From Camelus dromedarius (Eukaryota), in assembly GCF_036321535.1 (NCBI RefSeq), contig NC_087458.1, positions 7,936,001-8,000,000 on the forward strand: 64,000 nucleotides of DNA, written 5' to 3'. Below, in pieces: positions 56,600 through 64,000 of the stretch; the first letter of the stretch is position 1, and every line of letters begins with the position of its first letter. Under the pieces are notes generated by a model. It worked only from the letters and a program-made list of their open reading frames with translations. It did not search any database and had not been told where the DNA came from. A program made the position numbers and the translations under genes.

Positions 56600-57875
56600 G
56601 GATGTTTATTATTACGTGTTAAGTCTTGCTTCTTTCTGACTCGCAGCCCAATTTCGTACATGTCTCTCGGGCCCTGACTCTTCTTGGGGCCAACTCCAAG
56701 TTTCAGTCGCCTCCGAAGCTTCATCAGTTCATTTAGAGATCACTTTACCTTTAAGCTATTTTCCCCAATCCGCCACCTTCCCAGACTCCCTCTCATTCCC
56801 GACATCGCTTGCAGTTTCTAAGGGCACTACATCTCCCATAAATCTTAGCGCCCAAGCAGCTACCCTACGGAACTTCAAATACCGAAATGCTCTCCTACCC
56901 GTCTCCGTGACTACCGCGGTGACCGATGGGGCTTGTAGTCACCTAGGAATTGCCAGGCAACCAAAAAAACTACTCATCCCAGGAGCCCTCGCGCTAGAGG
57001 CGGGTTTTCCTCCTGTCTTTCTCCGCGTCTCTTAATCTTTCCTTGGACTCCAACTCCCGCCGTGCCTTGCGCTGAGTTCCCTGTGGTGGAGAATGGTGCT
57101 GTGTTCAAAGTGTTCTCTGGGAGTTGTAGTTCTTGTGTTGGTGAGGCGAAGAGGAGGCGGAGTGACTCGGCGGCCATTAGCTGTGTGTAGTTGCCCGGGA
57201 CTAGGAGCTTAAGTGAAGAGGGAAGCCTTATTCGGGGAACTCAACTGTGGGCATGGGCTTCTGCCGCGGCTAGCCCTAGAGTACGGAGAAGGCGGGCTTT
57301 TTGGTTCCCTGCCCCGCCGAGTGGCGGGGCCCACTAGGCCTCTGGGCATCCCCGGTCTCAAGTAGGCCTCGTCTGCCGGCAAGGGCGCCCCAAAGGCGGG
57401 AGGCGCCATGTCGCTGGTTGCTTACGCCAGCAGCGATGAGAGTGAGCCGGATGAGGCTGAGCCGGAGCCGGAGGAGGAGGAGGCGGCGGCCCCTACACCT
57501 GGGCCCACTTTAGGGGGCTTGTTCGCGTCTCTCCCTGCACCCAAGGGTCCGGCCTTGCTGCCTCCGCCCCCCCAGATGCTGGCCCCAACCTTCCCTCCAC
57601 CGCTATTGCTGCCCCCACCCACGGGAGACCCCCGGCTCCAGCCTCCTCCCCCCTTGCCCTTCGGCCTGGGAGGTTTCCCCCCACCTCCAGGCGTGAGCCC
57701 GGCTGAAGCGGCGGGAGTTGGGGAGGGACTGGGATTGGGGCTGCCCTCGCCCCGAGGCCCTGGCCTCAGTCTGCCCCCCCCTATCGGCGGTGCCGGGCCC
57801 CCCTTGGGGCTTCCCAAGCCAAAGAAGAGGACAGAGCCGGTGAAGATTGCGGCGCCGGAGCTGCATAAGGGGGAT
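56600..57875. promoter_or_regulatory. PRCC CpG-island promoter with ACTACA-TCCCA (ZNF143/THAP11-type) motifs at 56826..56838 and 57117..57130
   Basis: CpG-dense; actacatctccca and ctgggagttgtagt seen directly. Confidence 0.75.
57408..57875 (+). CDS. PRCC: Proline-rich protein PRCC, exon 1 only (156 codons); gene continues beyond the window
   Basis: MSLVAYASSDESEPDEAEPEPEEEEAAAP...PPPPQML...GLPKPKKRTEPVKIAAPELHKGD, then a GTGAGT donor at 57876; good Kozak context (gccATG). Confidence 0.96.
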
Positions 57876-58879
57876 GTGAGTATCCAGGGAGGACACCCCC
57901 AAATTTTCCACTGGGTTTGGGCATGGGCTCAGCCATAGGAGAGACGTAGAGATTCCAGGACTCCCTCCTATAAATGCATCCATTGATTCCAGAGCACTGG
58001 GTCCCTGGTACAGTGTGATTAATTGAACTGAAGTTTGTCAACTTTGGGGAGTTAAGATATTTTGTCCATGCGGGTTTCCCCAAGCAAGACTTGCCTGCAG
58101 AAGGGCCATATATCATCACCTGGCACTGACAGGCCCAGGCCTAGGGACACTGGTTCCACTCTCCCTCGTTGCATCTTCACTGCAGACCAGTCCCCACCTC
58201 CCCTTCTACTGAGAACAGCAGAAAATCTGGCACCTGAAGAGGTAACAGGAGACAGGATTCTTGAACCCTTGCTGAACATCAGGACTAACCTTTTCCTTTG
58301 CCTCTGAACTTAAAAAGCATCAGGGTCTGAACCAAGGATAGGAATTCTGGATTCTGTTTTTGAGGGGAGTTAGGGAAGAAATTGAGTATTTATTGAACAG
58401 AGATAATTTGCCGGGCATTGGCCCTTTGATTATTACAGAACTCTGGGAGAAATCATTTTAACTTTTATGGACAAGAAACAGGTGTCCAGCGTGTAAGATC
58501 TTATCTGGTAAAGAGCAGAGTGAAGATTAAGAGTTGGGTCTATCTGAACTCCAGGCCTCTGCCTCAGTTTCACTGTTTAGGTATTTGTCAAGCCTAGGAC
58601 ATTTAGGACTCTTGGGTCCTAGAAGAGGCAACCAAGCTTCTGTTGTTTTGTGAATGGTGGAGCAGAAAAATTGAAGGCCTCTCCTGGAGTGAGTGCTTTG
58701 GAAATAAAGGAGACAGCCTAGGGGCAGGTAATCTTTTAGAGTTATCTGGAGTTCTTTCCATTCTCTTCTGAAAGGTTAATTGGTCAATCCCTGGCTCACC
58801 TTTGGTTATCCTCTGGGAGATACTAATTCCTGCCTTTGCTTTTCTTCAGACTTCTGACTCTGCCTGGGGCTATTTCTGT

Positions 58880-59250
58880 TCTTTGTGCTTGCTGGTCCTA
58901 TCTCACAGATGTCCTAATGTTCTCTCCCTCACCTCTTTGAAATCTTGGCTTAAAAGACAGATTCTTAGTGAGGACTTCCTATCTGACCTATTTAAATTGC
59001 AACTTCCTATCACCCACTCCTCCTCACCCTGCTTCTTTATTTTCCTCCAGGGCACCACCATCTAAAATGCTTTACCACTATCTAACATACTATATATTTT
59101 ATTTGTCTTTCTCCTTCTGCTAGTGTACAAGCTCCATGAAGGCAGGCCTTATTGTGTGTTTTATTCGCTGCTATATCCTTAGTGGGTAGAACAATGCCTG
59201 CACATACTGAATACTACCTAAATATTTTCTGAGTGAATGAACTCAAATGA
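58880..59250 (+). mobile_element. L2 3' fragment in PRCC intron 1
   Basis: ctctccctcacctctttgaaatcttggc...caagctccatgaaggcagg...gaacaatgcctgcacata...tgagtgaatgaa. Confidence 0.65.
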
Positions 59251-60043
59251 ATATTCTTCATGGAAGAAAATTCCAGAGTCTCCCTTACTACCTTGTTCCA
59301 AACTTTTTTCCATATCATTACCCACTTCTTTCTCCCGAGCCTGTCATTTCTAAGTCTAGGTTCCCCCCAAAACCTGTTGCTCCGTTGAAGCTTACTTTGG
59401 CCTTGATTTAACCTGGGACAAAAGAAAGTCCCTGAATAAGAAAGGAAAATAGGTTTTTTTGTTTGTTTGTATTCTCTTTTCATAATCTTCTCCCCAAACT
59501 TTCTCTTGGCCTAATTGTGATACGTGGGGGAAGATGGCACTTTGAGCCAGCCTGCCTCCCTCCGCGGTGACAGTGGAAAGGCTCATTTCTAGGTCTGAGT
59601 CATTTATGCTGGTAGAGGCTGGAGAATCCTCCATTTAGGCTGACTGAAGTGGTGGAAAACTCAGAGGACTTGTAACTATCCGTTCTTTGTAAGTATAATT
59701 CTCTAAATTCCTGAGGTGAACAGTGACATGGGTAAGTAAAATAAAGCCAAATTCTAGCCCTTAGCTAGTTCAGTGTCTCACTTTTTTTCTGTTCAAGTTG
59801 GTATTTTTGTTCTCTGAACATAAAATTCCTGGGAAAGGTAGCCCACAAGAGTTCAAGATGATTAGGTGAGGGTGACTTTTGCCTTTGAAATAGTTGTGGG
59901 TCTACGGCCTCATGGTTCTAAGCTCTGTGTCTTATGCTTATTGGGCTCTCAGTAAATGTTTGAAGGAGTGAATTAGGTTTCCTTAAGTAGTTTCCCTTTA
60001 GGGTCTGGTGCTAAAGTAAAGGTAATTAACTCTGAACTCTTCA

Positions 60044-60850
60044 TTCATTCATTCATTCATTCAATATTGAGCTGTTTCTCTGTGCCAGGAGCTAAGAGTA
60101 CAGCAGTGAACAGGATAGACCCTGTCACAAAAGGAGCTTGTGATCTACTGGGGGAGACCAACAGAGAAGGAAATAGATTTTAGGTCAGGTCAGGGAAGAG
60201 CCATGGGAGCACTCCAAGAGGGCACTAAGCCAGTCCAGAGGTTGGGGAGGCTTCCGGGACAAGATGATGTCTAACAGAGACATGGGAGTTGAGGAGGAGG
60301 TAGCCAGAGAAAGGGCCGGTGGAGAGGAGCACATTAGGCAGAGGGAATGGAATGTACAGAAGCCCAGAGGTGAGAGAGAATGACAGTGCTTTGGATGAAC
60401 CTTAGGTAATAAGGCACAGTGGCTGGAGTGCACCAGTGGGGCTAGGGGAGTGGTGAGCGATGAGGTTAGAGAAAGATGCTGAGGCCAGATGATAATGGGC
60501 CTTGGATACCATGCCAAGGCCTTTGTACGTAATTCTGGGGTAGTGAAGAGCCCTTAATGTCTGAGCAAGAATTCTCTGATCACAGGAATTCTTTGATCAC
60601 AGGGTGGCAAAAGACATGGAGGGAGCAAGACTGGCAGAGACAGTGTGAGAGATAATGGCAGCCTGGCTAAAGGAGTAGCAGGGGATGGAGAGAGCTGTAG
60701 GCTCTAGGTCTGTTTAGGAGGTAGAAGTGTCAAGATGGGAACTGATTGGATGTTGTGAAGGAGAGGATTCAAGGCTGACCCCTGCCTTTCGGCTTAGGCA
60801 GCTGGGACGGTAGTGGTGCCATTCATTTAGGGAGTACAGAGACAGAGCAG
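60044..60850 (-). mobile_element. L2 fragment (antisense) beginning with (TTCA)n
   Basis: ttcattcattcattcattcaatattgagc...tgtgccagg...cagcagtgaacaggatagaccctg...ggagcaagactgg. Confidence 0.7.
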
Positions 60851-62599
60851 ATTGGAGAGTAGTTAGATTTAATTGGTTACAAGTATCAGAAACCACTTCA
60901 AGTTAGCTTAAATGGAAACACATCATAAATATACTGAGGTACCTTGGGTAGGGCCTGGAATCAGGATCTGGAGATCTGTTGGGGACCCACACAGCTTCTC
61001 TTTGCACATTCAATTCATTCTTTGCAGACTGGTTTCCACTTCTTAACCTTGGCTGCAGGTGAAAGATGGCCACCTGTACCTTCTTGGTTTTATTTCCTTT
61101 CTTTTAGTGATTGGCCCAGATTGAACCATAATCTGAGTCCCGCTTGATGTTTTCCCAGGGGACAGAATACATTTGGTTTGACCTGGGTGAGCCCATCAAT
61201 CAGCTGCAGTCAGGGGACAGGCTAATACCAGATTCTCTCTCCAGGTGTATTGCAAAGTCAAGTTCAGTCAGCTTTTGACTCATGAAGAATTAGGAATGAG
61301 CCATAAAATGAATAATCATCCTCTCCTTTTCCCTTTTTACTTTTCTTTTTCTGACCCAGGCTACCTCCAAATATTGGTTAATTGATTTTGCAGGCTTAAG
61401 AGATTTAGACTTGTAAAATTAGGATACAAAAACAACAAAACTAGAATAAGTTTACTCTAAGTTTTCGATCATACAGTGTGCATTCCAACATGAATAGACA
61501 TTTTAGGGTTATCTGGGTTAATATTCCCTATACTTTCAGGTTGTTTTCCCAGGTGTGGAAAATTTGAAGCTATGAGATTGAGATTTCACTAATTTTGGTC
61601 ATTTCTGTTAGCCAAGTAATTAAGAGTTGACTGTGGTGAGTGTAGCTAAGATTTAGCCCTTGACAGAAAGGAAAGATACGCGCTGATGTCTGTGGGGCAC
61701 GTGCTTGGGATCTGACACTGCTGGGCACTTCAGTGACTCTGTAAGCTGAGTATTACCCCTAGTTTACAGGTCAGGAAGTAGAGTTTAGAAAACAGGTGCT
61801 TAAAATCACACAGTTTGGGAGGAGCAGAAGTCGTATTTGCACCCAGGTGTGTTCTGTTCTCTTCTATCATAGTGTCTACCGAAAAGATAGAAGAGCCTTG
61901 GGCGACCAGAAATACGAAAGCGATACAATGAGCAGTGCAAAAGTGGGAGAGAAAGTGATGTCCTAGCTGAAGCGCAGATGTAAGAAGATATTTGAGACCA
62001 AAGAGTAAAAAAAAGTTGATGACTCTAGCTAATAGGGAAAATAGCAGAGAGGAGTGTGGTAGTGGTTCGAGTTTGGGAGGCGTGGGGTGGGGGTGGTGAG
62101 GGGAGAGGTCTGTTCTTGGGCCCTGATTTCCTTCTTGGCTCCTGGCCCTGGCAACTAGTGATTGCTTTTTGGAGCAGGAGTCTGTCAGAACCAGAGCATG
62201 GGAAGATAAGAGGGAGGCTGCCATGGGGAATGAGGCTCTGATAGATTAGCAGATCCCACTGGGCTTGGCTTAATGGAAAATGTCTGTTTCCGTTCTTGCT
62301 CAGCAGTCTCGGGGTGTGTGTGTCTTGTCACTCTTGGCAGCAGGAACAGAGAGGACAGTGGTGGCCATTGAGGCTTGGGCTCTTGTGAGGCCAAGAAGAA
62401 ATACAGTACTTTCTTCTTAAAAGATACAACCAGTTTGTGCCTCCCAAACCCCAAAATGCCTGTTCTGGCCCAGCATACCTCTTCCAGCCCTGGGTGCCCC
62501 CGAATCTCTAGCATCACCCTTCTTTTTGGGTCTCATGGCACAGACCCACTCAGATCACCGTTTGCTGGTCTTCAGCACTCTCTAGGAGTTGACTCCACA

Positions 62600-63200
62600 G
62601 TGTCCATTTAATATACTCCTGTGGAAAACAGTTTGGCAGATCCCCGCAAAATTAATTAGAATTACCATGTATGATGCAGCAGTTTCACTCCTAGGTGAAA
62701 AGAATTGAAAACAGGGACTCAGATACTTGTACATCGGTGTTCATAGCAGTGNNNNNNNNNNNNNNNNNNNNNNNNNNNNNNNNNNNNNNNNNNNNNNNNN
62801 NNNNNNNNNNNNNNNNNNNNNNNNNNNNNNNNNNNNNNNNNNNNNNNNNNNNNNNNNNNNNNNNNNNNNNNNNNNNNNNNNNNNNNNNNNNNNNNNNNNN
62901 NNNNNNNCTGAGTAAAATCAGCTAGACACAAAAGGATACATATTGTATAATTCCATTTATATGAGGTACCTAGAACAGGTAGATTCAGAGATAGAAAGTA
63001 GAGTAGAGGTTATGGGGTNNNNNNNNNNNNNNNNNNNNNNNNNNNNNNNNNNNNNNNNNNNNNNNNNNNNNNNNNNNNNNNNNNNNNNNNNNNNNNNNNN
63101 NNNNNNNNNNNNNNNNNNNNNNNNNNNNNNNNNNNNNNNNNNNNNNNNNNNNNNNNNNNNNNNNNNNNNNNNNNNNNTTTATGTTTATATATTTTACCAT
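62600..63200 (+). mobile_element. L1M 3' fragment with two N gaps
   Basis: ggaaaacagtttggcag...ttaattagaattaccatgtatgatgcagcagtttcactcctagg...tgttcatagcag and tgagtaaaatcagctagacacaaaagg. Confidence 0.7.
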
Positions 63201-64000
63201 GATAAAGGGAAAAACATGCAATCTGCTCCTGTACCTCTCACCATCAAGGAAGTTCTCCATGTGTCTAAATTAAATACTGTGCTAAGGCTGAGCCCATCGC
63301 CTCCAGCTGATTTTTGATGGAAACTGAATTGATTGATTTTCTTTCAAATGCCCCAGGACAGCTGCATCTCCCCTCCCCTGGCCCATAACTAGAAGATACA
63401 GGCACATCTTTTAGCATTTGGATTACTCATCTCCTGCTTTTTGGTACTCTAAACTGAAATTTATTTTCTTTTGTGAGGTACTTAGATAATTCCTTGCTGA
63501 GATTTCCTTTTGATTTCTGTTAGTTTTCATTCAGGTCCCCACATGCCCATAAGTGCTTTGAGTGGCATCTAAACCGCTTTTCTTTTTCACAGTGAACTGC
63601 TGAGTTCCATATTCCAACTTTTTTTAGATGGCTGAAGTTAGTTCAAGGGGCAGGAGGTTGTTCTCATTCTATTTCTCCACCCTCCCAATGCCCTAGACTT
63701 CCTCTGCGACCCTGGGTAGATTACTGAATGTCTTGGAACTCTGTTTGTCAGCCTTAAGAGGTAAAGGTTTATTTCTGCCCATCCCTCAAAGATGAATAGT
63801 CATGACTTAACAAGGGTTTAGGGTCTCAGCACATTTTTTGAGGGTCTTAGTGTTCTGTTTTAGGGAGTCTGTCATATTTGGTGCCCATCGTGAGACAGGG
63901 TTCAGTAGATTAGTATAAGATGTTCAAAGAGAGAAGGGTGATTGTGAGTAACCGTAGCAGTCCTCTCAATCCAGAAATAATGTGTTCCTGAAGTCTTTGT

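Noticed and set aside
57422-57817. 131-aa Gly-rich antisense ORF over PRCC exon 1
   Set aside because: Mirror of the polyproline codons on the opposite strand.
57876-64000. PRCC exon 2 (SDSEEDEP...)
   Set aside because: Not found in the window; intron 1 apparently extends past the end.

Overview
Mammalian genomic DNA, probably camelid (alpaca/camel) judging from the tRNA-derived SINE, L1 3' ends and ERV LTR types. It is syntenic with human 1q23.1. Gene order: CRABP2(-) complete; ISG20L2(-) complete, head-to-head with METTL25B/RRNAD1(+) complete; MRPL24(-) complete; HDGF(-) with exons 2, 4 and 5 visible and exons 1, 3 and the stop-codon part of exon 6 hidden in N gaps; PRCC(+) exon 1 plus part of intron 1. 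Exon boundaries were read by hand from splice sites and give full-length proteins of 138, 349, 475 and 216 aa. Intergenic and intronic DNA is mostly old MIR/L2/L1M/MER remnants plus a few lineage-specific insertions. I see no convincing wholly new gene system. The most unusual items are: (1) a polyadenylated, TSD-flanked retrocopy consisting only of the R region of an ERV LTR, with a full solo LTR of the same family 20 kb away; (2) an HDGF alternative first exon whose frame and donor are intact but whose start codon reads AGG; (3) a perfect 23-bp inverted repeat in HDGF intron 1; (4) a SINE ending in an L1 3' terminus; (5) a GC-AG intron in MRPL24; (6) conserved DR1 and DR5 retinoic-acid response elements of CRABP2. 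Comparisons with human or mouse sequences are from memory and need confirming by alignment.
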